A stretch of 47,582 nucleotides of DNA from Octopus bimaculoides (lineage: Eukaryota), in NCBI RefSeq assembly GCF_001194135.2, contig NC_068981.1, positions 57,428,239 to 57,475,820 on the forward strand, read 5' to 3'. Position numbers and translations under genes: made by a program. Of the stretch, positions 37,546-47,582 are shown one piece after another. Within the stretch, counting starts at the first letter, position 1. Each line of letters opens with the position of its first letter. Below the pieces are notes generated by a model. That model saw only the letters and a list, made by a program, of their open reading frames with translations, searched no databases and was not told the origin of the DNA.

Positions 37546-37810
37546 TTCAATTTATCACTGCATGTTACTTAAATCAGTTAAATAACCTCCTTACACTTAG
37601 GAAAACTGAACTATTAAGTTTTGAACACTATAGTTATTTGATATAATTGTTTGGCCTTTAAGCCAGCATTTAATGAATCCAATTTACTGTAACCTCCTCT
37701 ACATGCTAAATAAATGACTACCAGTCACAATTAATATATTACACATGAAAATTTCATTTTAGTCTGGTCATAGTTTACCAGTTTTTAACTTTTTTTCTTT
37801 CTCATTGTAG

Positions 37811-37923
37811 CAAGGTGGTGCTCAGCATAGAACTTTGCTATCTAAACTCTGGTTGATATTATTTCTTCTTGGTAATATTTTGTCTATATATATTGTATTT
37901 GCTGATCAGAAACTCTACCGGAC
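37811..37923 (+). CDS. RNFT2: RNFT-like coding exon 3
   Basis: ttgtag acceptor; QGGAQHRTLLSKLWLILFLLGNILSIYIVFADQKLYR (cf. LWILAFLAGNTLYVLYTFSSQQLY); gtaagt donor; phases 0 to 2. Confidence 0.92.
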
Positions 37924-38855
37924 GTAAGTAAATTCTCTTTCTCCGTATCAATTTTTATTTCTTAAAAATGTATGTAAGTAAGTGTTTTTAGTCAGAACCT
38001 AGTGATTAGTGAATTTGTTTTGGAAATGATAGTACTGAGATTGTGTTGACTAGCCTCAGACAGCAACATGGTATAACATTTCATTTCATCTAACATCTTT
38101 AAAATCAACATCAATAATACAGAATTACATGGTACCATACAATTTGTCATTTGTTTAATATCCAGATCCAAGCAACTCGTTCAATATGTAATCTAAAGAA
38201 AAGAATTGCAATATCTTTTAATAAAATAATAGGTATTGCAAAGCTTATTTTGTTTTCAGATAAAAATATACATAATGAAAATTTTGGCTGAAATTAAAAT
38301 CACCCTTTTGAGAAAAAACAAAAGTTAACATCCAGAAAAGAACCAATAAAAAAAATCAAATTCAAAACACGTTCCAGATTAACATCTAATCTTTTTTCAT
38401 TTTGGTATTCTTTTCTATTAGAAAATTTATTGTAAATCAATGTTTTTTCTAAAAATTTCTTACCATCATTAACTGAAGTCATGTACTAATGTATTAACCT
38501 CCATAGACCACTAGATTTACAAGCTCAGTGCTCAGCTTTTGTTCAATCTATCAAAATGAAAGATTAATATGTTCATAGATAAAATGTTAGTCTATTGCAG
38601 CTTAATGTTCCCAGAAAACATTTAACTTATTTCTTCAAATTTTGTGGAATGAAACATGTAGTGTTAAATGTTTTGCTTAGGGACACAACAAAACGTTAAC
38701 TGCAGTTTCTGTTACATTAGCTTCTCACCATAAAATAATAAATAATGTTCTTCATTGATTTTGTTGTCAGTGTGGATGCTTCTAAGATTTTGCTTTTTAC
38801 TTCTTAATTTTAAGGTAAACCATTAATGCTGTTTTTCTGTTTCTTATATTTTTAG

Positions 38856-39009
38856 ATTATACCTCCAGCTTCCTGTTATGGAAAAGTTAGATATATGGTC
38901 ACTTGCTTGGATTATAGGAATCACAGATTTTGTACTTAAATTTATTTGTATTATCTTAAAATCTTTGGTTGCCATGTGGCCACGAACATATATACCTTAC
39001 CGTCGAAGG
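38856..39009 (+). CDS. RNFT2: RNFT-like coding exon 4
   Basis: tttttag acceptor; (T)LYLQLPVMEKLDIWSLAWIIGITDFVLKFICIILKSLVAMWPRTYIPYRRR (cf. LLWIVGIADFVLKYITIALK); gtaggc donor; phases 2 to 0. Confidence 0.93.
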
Positions 39010-39744
39010 GTAGGCATTTCTCTTCTCTTTGTTTCCATGGCACTTTTTAAATATTCTTTCTAGATTGGCTATATATTAAGCTAATATTAGAAATTTTGTT
39101 GGTCTTCCTTTGTTATTGTTAGTATCAATATTGCTATTTATAGAGCTCCCCATCTGATCTTTATACTTGCTACAATGGTATAAAATCTAAAGCAAATAGA
39201 TGATCAGATAAACTGCATGCACTCACTCACTCATGCAACATTTTGACAATAAAATAAAGCACTCCATTTGTGTCAGTTCAACACATAAGATCTACAATAA
39301 TCCAATAATAATACTTTGCCTAGGTTACCGGTCTATCTCCACCAGTTTAAAGAAACTATTATACAGTTTGATCTCATAGTCATTTCACAAAAGGAGCTGT
39401 AACCTGTTAGGAGAATCACTGATTAAATATCTGATGCTGAACTCAGTTGAACCAATGAGAGTGCCTTTACATGGTCAAGTGACCTGCTAGCAGTGTCTCC
39501 TTAAATCATATCCCGCTGTCTTAATGAAGAAAGAAAAAATTGGATTATGTAGTTCTAGTTACACAAAAAGACAAAATGGTCACAAATGGAATGCTTTCAA
39601 TCACAAGTTTGCTTAGTGAGGACTGATCTGATGTTAAAAAACACACCCTACATCTACTCAGGCTTTTTATTTATTCAGTAAAACAAGACTATTAAAATTA
39701 AATTAGTATTAGCTTGTGAATAATATTTTTTTTTCTAGTGCCAT

Positions 39745-39910
39745 GTTAAAAGTACCCAGCACACTCTGTAAAGTGGTTGGCATTAGGAAGGGCATCCAGC
39801 CATAGAAACCAAGTTAAATCAGACTGGAACTTGATGCAACCCTCTTGCTTGTCATCTCTGGTCAAACCATCCAATCCATGGAAAACAGACATTAAAAGAT
39901 GATGATGATG
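39745..39910 (+). mobile_element. RTE-family 3' tail copy
   Basis: aaaagtacccagcacactctgtaaagtggttggcattaggaagggcatcc...(gat)n. Confidence 0.8.
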
Positions 39911-40909
39911 AATCAGATGTACTTATCAATGAAATTGTTGTTTGTGTTGCTTAGCCCTAGATCAACCTGGATCTAACAAATCTATGGTCAAAGACATTCT
40001 ACACGTGTCCTTTTCTTATTTCAGATGGATGTGATTTGAGGGAGATACGACTGCTATTTCTAGCAGGTTTTGTGTCCATGTAGGTTTCCTCATTGGGTTG
40101 TTAGCCCTGCTGACTTCAGTATAAAATCATTACAAAATGTGATTTGTGATGTTCAAGCCTTTCTTAAGGGAACTAGTGATACAAGGAAAATGAAGCAACT
40201 GCTGCTCAGAACTGAAACTAGGCTATTGTTGTTGTTGGTTGTGAGCTTTGCCTTCTGTATGATTCAACCAAAAATGGCATATAAACCCCTCTGGGTTTTT
40301 ACTGCAAACTTTTGAAACATTTAATTCCTTTAAGCCTTATGTTGAATTGAAATGCACATAATATGTAGTCCTTAATCCTTTTAGTGATTAGAAATGTTGA
40401 TGAAATGCAGTTAGTTCAGTATAAATCATAAATTTATAACTATTGCATGAATTTGGATCAAATTTGTTGATACAGTATAATGATCATTGATGTACATAGT
40501 GAATGTGGTTTTTACCTATTGTTGTTGATCTTTATCTATTGTCATGTCACTTTCACCTGCCAAAGTAGGTTGAATACTGTTAATAAATCATTAATCATCA
40601 TCATCATCACTTAACGTCCACCTTCCATGCTGGCATGGAATAGTATCAAATTCTAGCCTATTGCTTGAGGTATTGATCACCATTAGGCTGACATCAAAAG
40701 AAGAAAAAAATCTAGAGAATTTGACTTGGTATATAGCTAGTTCTTTATAAAATGAGGTAAAACTTTGGTTCTCACACAGAATGTTTAGTTCTAGTTTTTG
40801 ACCAAACAATACTATCTGAACTACTGTTTCACACTGTTATGGATTTGGTAACAGGTGTAGATACCTGCAGTGTAGAACTTTTAAGAGTTAACAAAAAAAA
40901 AAAAAAAGA

Positions 40910-41310
40910 NNNNNNNNNNNNNNNNNNNNNNNNNNNNNNNNNNNNNNNNNNNNNNNNNNNNNNNNNNNNNNNNNNNNNNNNNNNNNNNNNNNNNNNNNNN
41001 NNNNNNNNNNNNNNNNNNNNNNNNNNNNNNNNNNNNNNNNNNNNNNNNNNNNNNNNNNNNNNNNNNNNNNNNNNNNNNNNNNNNNNNNNNNNNNNNNNNN
41101 NNNNNNNNNNNNNNNNNNNNNNNNNNNNNNNNNNNNNNNNNNNNNNNNNNNNNNNNNNNNNNNNNNNNNNNNNNNNNNNNNNNNNNNNNNNNNNNNNNNN
41201 NNNNNNNNNNNNNNNNNNNNNNNNNNNNNNNNNNNNNNNNNNNNNNNNNNNNNNNNNNNNNNNNNNNNNNNNNNNNNNNNNNNNNNNNNNNNNNNNNNNN
41301 NNNNNNNNNN
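40910..41310. other. assembly gap (may contain the missing RNFT exon)
   Basis: run of N. Confidence 1.
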
Positions 41311-41559
41311 CCCCCCCCACCACCACCAATTTGATCTTAGTTTTTGTTTTATTTTTGTTTGTACATGCTGAAATTGTCACTACCATCATCATTATCATCA
41401 TGTCTACTTTTCCAGACTTACATGGATCAGGTGAAAATATTTCTTTTTATGGAATATCAACAATATATATGACAGAGGACTGAGATATGTGGTGTATTGC
41501 TGTACTTGAAAATCCACCCACAACAGAATTGAGATCCTAAAATCAAGGTACCACATAAA

Positions 41560-42135
41560 AAGTGTTGGTGTGGGTGCTGGTGTCACGTAAAAAGCACTGG
41601 TGCTGATGCCACATAAAAAGCACTGGTACTGATGCCACATAAAAAACACCCAGTACACTCTATGGAATGGTTGCTGTTAGGAAGGGCATCCAGCCATAGA
41701 AATCAAGTTAAAACAGACTATGGAATTTGGTGAAGACCCTGACCATACCAGTTTCTGTCAAGCTGTCCAGTCCATGCCAGTATGGAAAAGAACCATTAAA
41801 TGATGATGATGATACATATGACTGACACTTCGGCAGGATCCCTTCTCTTCTCCCTCTGTCATAGTTTCTTATTCCTCCAGCCGATACCTCTCTTAGTTAA
41901 GGGGTCTTATTTTGCAGGTACTTGGTGACCGTACTGGTACCGGTGCCACATAAAAGCACCCAGTGCACTCTGATCAGGGGTTGGAATGAGGGAGGGCATT
42001 GCACTGTAGAAACCATGCCAAAGCAGACATAGAACCTGGCAGAGACCTCTGACTCATTTGTTCTTGTAAAACTGTCCAACCCATGCCAGTATGGAAAAAG
42101 GGACATTAAATGATGATAATGATGGTGGTGGTGGT
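41560..42135 (+). mobile_element. two consecutive RTE-family 3' tail copies
   Basis: aaaagcac-containing tandem units, gaagggcatcc, ccatgccagtatggaaa..(tga)n at ~41800 and again at ~42110. Confidence 0.78.
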
Positions 42136-42559
42136 AGTGATGACAGACTGCCTGTAGTTTCCCAATTCTTTCATATGGCATTGATCAGTAGAAGACACCT
42201 AAGATACCACAGTGAGGCTGAACCTGAAACCATGCAGTTACACAGCAGACTTCTTAACCACACAACTATCCCTTTGATTTTTGTATTTAATTATTGATAT
42301 TCATAGCAGCATTATTCTGACTTAGTCCAATAAGTCCATGTTTCTGGTTTATCTATGTGCATTTCATGTCAGATTGTTCTGAAAATTATACAATACATAT
42401 GTTGTCTCAAGAAATACAATGATTGAAGTAGTGATTTTTGCTCAATTATTAATGACTTTATAGCCTACTGTAAACATTATATTATTTTGCATATCTATGC
42501 AGCCATGAATGAACTTGCTAAAAATAGAAGCCAAATCTCCCTCAAATTACACCCTACTA

Positions 42560-43818
42560 TCAGGTCATCCCATAAGTTCTGTCCGAATTTTGAATAAAAA
42601 AAACAAGTGATCAAATGTTATATTTAATTGAAATTTAATCATCAATGTACTTTCCTTGATTATCTATGACTTCCTTCCATCTATTTCACGCTTTTTAATC
42701 CCATCAATGTAAAACTCTTTTGGTTTCAAAGCAAAGAACTCTGAAATGTCAGTTTCGGCCTCCTCCTGGCTTGTGAAAGTTATGTCCCCCAAATGATTCT
42801 GTAAACTATGAAACAAATGGTAGTCTGAAGGAGCAAGATCAAGAGAATAAGGTGGATGAGGAATTTTTTCCCAACCAATCTCTTCGATCTTCTGCGATAA
42901 GATCTTTGCAGTGTGGGATCGCGCATTGTCCTGATGAAACATCACTCCTTTTCAATTCCCTTAAGCAGGTCTTTTTTTCTTCAAAGCTTGGTTCAAACAC
43001 ACTAATTGCTGACAGTAGACTTGAACAATGATTGTTGCATTAGGTGGTAACAATTCAAAGTGAATGACTCCTTTGCAATCCCACCAGATAGAGAGAACCT
43101 TTTTCTCATGAAGTTCCCTTCTCGGTTGTGGTTGAGTTTTTTTCCCTTTTACCAAGCCACAGAAGATCCATTTTTCATCACCAGTCACAAGTCTATCCAA
43201 AAAGGGTGAAATGAGTTCGTGAGAATGGAGAGAAGAGCAGATGTCAACTCAGGATTTGCTGTTGCTTTCGGACAATTCATGAGACACCCATTTTCCAAGG
43301 TTAGGAACCTTTCCAAGTATTTGAAGATGATGATGAACAGTTGTATGGTTTGAACTAAGCTTTATTGCCAATTCTTCAACTGATAATGCAGGATTTTCTT
43401 CAAGTACTGCTTCAAGGAGCTAATCATCAAACTCAACTGGATGTCCTTTTCGATCTTCATCTTCAAGGCTGAAATCTCCACTTCTGAATTTTGCAAACCA
43501 TCTTCTGCAAGTTCCTTCATTCAAGCATTCTTTCCCATAAACTGAGTGTATGTTTCGAGTCACTTCGGCTGCAGAGTTTCCTTTTTTGTACTCATAAAGC
43601 ATTATGTGCCTCAAATGCTCTTTGGATACTTCCATGTTAGAAAGGGTTTTAATCAAAGAAATTTTAATTCTATTATTCTGTAAAATAATATTTAATTAGT
43701 TTAAATGTACACAAATGCATAAAAATAATTTTTAATTCCATTTGACTTTCTAAAATACTATTTAATTTCATTAAATTTTAAAAAGGTAAAATCGGACTGA
43801 ACTTATGGGATGACCTAA
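42560..43818 (-). mobile_element. near full-length mariner element (1259 bp), defective transposase
   Basis: TIRs t(c/t)aggtcatcccataagttc(t/a)gtccga with TA duplication; HTH MEVSKEHLRHIMLYEYKKG, TGDEKW, HQDNARSH, YSLDLAPSDYHLF (D,D34D type); stops and frameshifts. Confidence 0.95.
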
Positions 43819-45339
43819 TATTTTGAAAAGGTGGGGTTCACATTGGATAGTGTTGCCCTAGATATACAACACTTTTTGAGAAAGAAATGGTCAGAATGTT
43901 TGGCTGGAATTCTTTTGATTTTAGATCTCTTCAATCAGAGCTGACCTAAGGCTAAATAAAAAAAAAAAAAACATTTTTTTTTTCCTGGTAAATCACAAAA
44001 ATTACAATCATAAATATATCAGTGTGACATACTGTTTACAGTGTCTTAAGATGATGTGCTTATATCTACAGTGCAAACGTTTGACATTTTTATCTCATTG
44101 TAATTAGTTTAAATCTAAAAACGATCCAAATGAAATCTAATAATAAATTGTTGTTATCAGTGCCCTGAAATGAATTAATTGCTAGATTGGAAAATATCCT
44201 CATTTGTAAATAGTCTATTGCTAGTATTTAAATCACCAAAGGTGTTATTAGAATGACCTCATTAACGATGTATCAAATTCCAAACTGCAAACAGGTAGCT
44301 TGTACCCACTTTAGAGTTCTCAATATTTAATGGTAAGGATAGTGGTGGTGGTAATAGTGGCAGCAATGTTGACAACAATGATGATGTTGATGACAATAAC
44401 AGTAATAAAGTAGATGATGATGATGCTAATAGTTTTATTTAGCTCCATGGCAGCTCTGATTGAGCAGGTCTATGGCTAATCTCATTCCAGTCTTAGCCAT
44501 CCCATCTTCTTTTCAGACATAATGTATCTGAGGCTATATTATTTGTGCCGTCGGTCAATCAGGCACTGCCCAAGGGTCTGGAGCTCTGAGGGGCCGGCAC
44601 TCTACATGTTAACTCTACTAAAATACATATTCAAAGGGGCCCAGTATACAGTTATACCCTTAGACCCTCAATACCCTCAGTTCGCCCCTGTTTGTGCCCA
44701 TCCTTTTTAAAGATGATAAGGTGTGATAAAAAAGATATGGCTGCTATTTCTAGCAGGTTTAGTGATCATGTAGTGGTTCCCTCATAGGCTTGTCAGTCAG
44801 TCTTTGTTGGCTTTTGGTGATAGCAAGTGTAATTAAGAATATGTGTTTATATATTATCCTAGGAACTGAGTTAAGTTTTAGGCTCTAACCATAAATATAC
44901 ATTTATAGTGAGTGCCCTTTAATGTGATTTTAATAGACTTGCTAATCAGGTCCTTAGTGTGAGTACTTCTGTCATGGCTCAAGTCCAAAGAAAAGACTTG
45001 AATTCAGCACTGTAATGCTATCAAAATACTTAACAGAGTGCTCCTGCTGCTTACAGTTATGAGCTGTACCTATCTAAGGCATTTAAATGCAGATAGGTGA
45101 ATTTAGCTAGAAAGAATTGTGTGGCTGTGGTGGTTACATTGCAGCTAAGACAACAACCCAATCTTCTGGAACACATTAATTAATTATGAAATGCAAGCTG
45201 AAACTCCAGTTGAATAAGTTAGTTGATATAATATACTGAGAATAGTTGGTTCCATGAATGAAAAAGTTGGAGCTAGTCTGTTTTTAAATTATAGAGGTTA
45301 TAATTTATGTATTTTATTTAATATTATTGTTAACATAAA

Positions 45340-45550
45340 GGCAGTGAGTTAACAGAATCGTTAACACAACAGACAAAAGGCTTAGTAGCATTTCCTGTCT
45401 TTATGTTCTGAGTTCAAATTCTGCCATGGTCAACTTTGCTTTTCTTCCCTTCAGGATCAATAAAATATGTATAATTGAACACTGGTATCAATGTAATTGA
45501 CTTACTCCCTCCTCCAAAATTTCTGGCCTTGTGACAAAATTTGAAACCAA
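45340..45550 (+). mobile_element. CORE-type SINE, full length
   Basis: ggcagtgagttaacagaatcgttaac...ttctgagttcaaattc...ggccttgtgacaaaatttgaaacc. Confidence 0.75.
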
Positions 45551-45929
45551 TATTATTGTTAAAATAATTGTAGAAGGTCAGTGGATTGGTAGAAGGTCAA
45601 AACAATGCTTTGTAACATTTAGCTATAGTTCTTTATGTTCCAAGTTCAAACCCTGCCAGGGTTAGCTTTGTCTTTTGTTCTCATAGGAGCAGTGAAATAA
45701 GTACCTGTCAAGTACTAGGTTGATATAATTGACTATGGCCTTCTTTCAAAATGTGTAACCTTGTATTATATTAGAATTTAATATAATTGTAAAACAATTT
45801 GAGCTTCATTTCTTAGTTGAAAAGTTACATTTCTTGCTTAAAAATTTTTTGCCCGCATCACTAACATTTTTAGAATTATTTTATAATTCTAAGATAAATC
45901 ATTATAAATTTAATCATTTCTTTTGACAG

Positions 45930-45995
45930 ATGAATTTGGTGTACATACACTCATTTGATTTATGGAAAGTTTGTAAGAAAATTAACAGTGATATG
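45930..45995 (+). CDS. RNFT2: RNFT-like coding exon (22 codons, pre-RING)
   Basis: ttcttttgacag acceptor, MNLVYIHSFDLWKVCKKINSDM, gtgagt donor; phase 0-0; position and length fit the segment before the RING in RNFT1/2, but sequence similarity is weak. Confidence 0.72.
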
Positions 45996-46184
45996 GTGAG
46001 TTATTACTATTAATATTATTATTATCAAGACGTCTTCAATTTTTCATGAGTTTCAACTGCACCATCTTGTTCTTGAGGTTTGTGTAACTATGATTTCTTT
46101 GGTATGTAGAATTGTGTTTGTTTGCATGGCAAGACACAAATGGTAAATGTAGCACAGAATAACTTGCAATATTTTTTCAGCTCA

Positions 46185-46400
46185 AGGCAGTGAGTTGGCA
46201 GAGTTGTTATTGCACTGGGAAAATTGCTTAGTGGCATTTCATCCATCTTTACATTCTGAATTCAAATTCTGCTGAGGTTGGCTTTGATTTCAACTTTTCA
46301 GGGTCAATAAAATAAGTATCAGTTTAGTCCTGGGGTCAATGTAATTAACTTACCAGCATCCTTGAAATTGCTAGCCTTGTGCCAAAATTTGCAACCAGTA
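46185..46400 (+). mobile_element. CORE-type SINE, full length
   Basis: ggcagtgagttggcagag...ttctgaattcaaattctgctgaggttggcttt...gccttgtgccaaaattt. Confidence 0.75.
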
Positions 46401-46996
46401 TTTATTGACATCCCTCTAAATTCTAAGTTCAAATTCCACTAGTGTTAACTATGTCATTCATACCTTTAGGATCAATAAAGTATATACATTCTGATGTGTT
46501 ATCATCAATTATACACCTTCTTATAAATTGGTACCAATGTAAGAAATCATCATTAGCATTTTTAGAAAAAATGTATAGTCCATGTATTTAGTGACTACAC
46601 CTCAACTCTTCAATGCAGGAGTTCTACTTCCATTTCCAGTTCAATTTGATGAAGTTAGGTACAAAGGTGGTGATCAGATTGTTCATTTAGTTCGCATATT
46701 GAGTTAAAAATTCTTCTAAGACTAACCTAACATGACTTTTCTAACCTCTCTGGATAAAGAATACTTATTTGCCTTCTAAAGTTTGCTTTGACCATTTTTT
46801 TCTTGGATGATATCTTGTCTTTGATGGATCTCTTTTGTGAAATAAGATTTTAAAAATATCTTACTCAGCTGTTTAAATTACACAAGATATTAAAAATATG
46901 CTAAACAAAAAAGAAAATAAATTTTCTAAATCATTAAAAGAAAATCCTCAAATCTCATATATCGTTCTTATCTTTTCCATGAAATTCTGAAATTAG

Positions 46997-47098
46997 AATT
47001 TAGGTACAAAACCTACATCAGAAGAAGTTCACACTGCAGGGCATTCATGCCCAATTTGTCATGATGATTTTGCTAACCCAATAAAACTTACTTGTCAA
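46997..47098 (+). CDS. RNFT2: RNFT-like coding exon with the first half of the C3HC4 RING; final exon lies beyond the window
   Basis: NLGTKPTSEEVHTAGHSCPICHDDFANPIKLTCQ (cf. NYGVRATGQQCTEAGDICAICQAEFREPLILLCQ); gtaagt donor at 47099. Confidence 0.93.
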
Positions 47099-47249
47099 GT
47101 AAGTAAATTCATTTTTTTAACAAATCTTTCTTTCATTATTTGTTATTGATACATGTAAAACATTAAGCACTCCCATTTTGATAGCTTGGCTTTTCAATAT
47201 GTTGTCTATATATTTTACATGTTCAATTAGTTGTCCTTTTTATAACTTT

Positions 47250-47420
47250 TACAGGAGGAATTTCAACCATGTTTCGTGGTCTGCTACCACAACAGCTCCT
47301 TTATAGGATCCAGTTAGCTCAAGACATCATCAGGAGGAACCACGTCCTGTTTCGGCCCCTACTCCTCTACCATTTTGACGTGGCGGGGCCCCTCCTTTCG
47401 GAGGTGTCTTCAGCTCTGGT
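47250..47420 (-). ncRNA. two hammerhead-ribozyme-like cores (putative)
   Basis: CUGAAGA (47413-47407) ... GAAAC (47353-47349) and CUGAUGA (47333-47327) ... GAAAC (47275-47271), each GAAAC preceded by a perfect stem; candidate NUH triplets GUA and GUU. Confidence 0.55.
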
Positions 47421-47582
47421 GTTGGGTGTATGTCTTCTTTCTTCTATTCCCTGGCCTCTTCGATGCAGCATCAACGAGTGTTAGCGTCCGACTGATCGTC
47501 ATGTCAAGTTCCCCTTTTTATATCTGCTGCTAGGCTCCAGCAGGCAGCACCAGCAAGTTGTCACATGACACTGTCTAAACTT
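47250..47582 (-). mobile_element. CpG-rich inserted element resembling a Penelope-like terminal repeat or retrozyme; continues beyond the window
   Basis: Abrupt GC/CpG rise inside a CpG-poor intron, TATAAAAA at 47522-47515, several hairpins, hammerhead-like motifs. Confidence 0.5.

Noticed and set aside
41416-41483. Strong-looking acceptor (ctacttttccag) as the missing RNFT exon
   Set aside because: Frames reach stops with no donor, and the sequence matches the repeat tail also seen at ~27560 (catcatcat...acttttcca...gcatggatcag).
47254-47484. Acceptor-like ttttacag plus the 71-aa plus-strand ORF as the RNFT terminal exon
   Set aside because: No H-x-F-C-x2-C...CP-x-CR RING second half; it is the antisense of the hammerhead-bearing element.

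Overview
AT-rich, repeat-dense animal genomic DNA with three assembly gaps (4796-5109, 19195-19557, 40910-41310). The SINE, RTE and mariner content suggests a coleoid cephalopod, probably Octopus; this is an inference. Two spliced protein-coding genes lie on the + strand, and the ORF track mostly misses them. (1) An LLPH/LAPS18 homolog with 3 coding exons (1675-7235, 131 aa). (2) A RING finger and transmembrane protein, RNFT2/RNFT1-like, with 6 visible coding exons (26733-47098), one expected internal exon not visible, and the last exon beyond the window. A CpG-retaining region at about 19.7-21.5 kb is its probable promoter. The rest is decayed transposons (RTE and L1/Tx1 LINEs, mariner, hAT, MITEs, tRNA-derived SINEs) and microsatellites. 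The most unusual signals are: two nested hammerhead-ribozyme-like cores with an atypical insertion in a CpG-rich element at the right end (minus strand); a head-to-head palindromic tRNA-SINE pair whose tails carry hammerhead-like cores and whose arms show one-sided CpG decay; a ~1 kb fold-back; and a PHD finger inside an RTE reverse transcriptase. All homology calls are from recalled protein motifs, not database searches.
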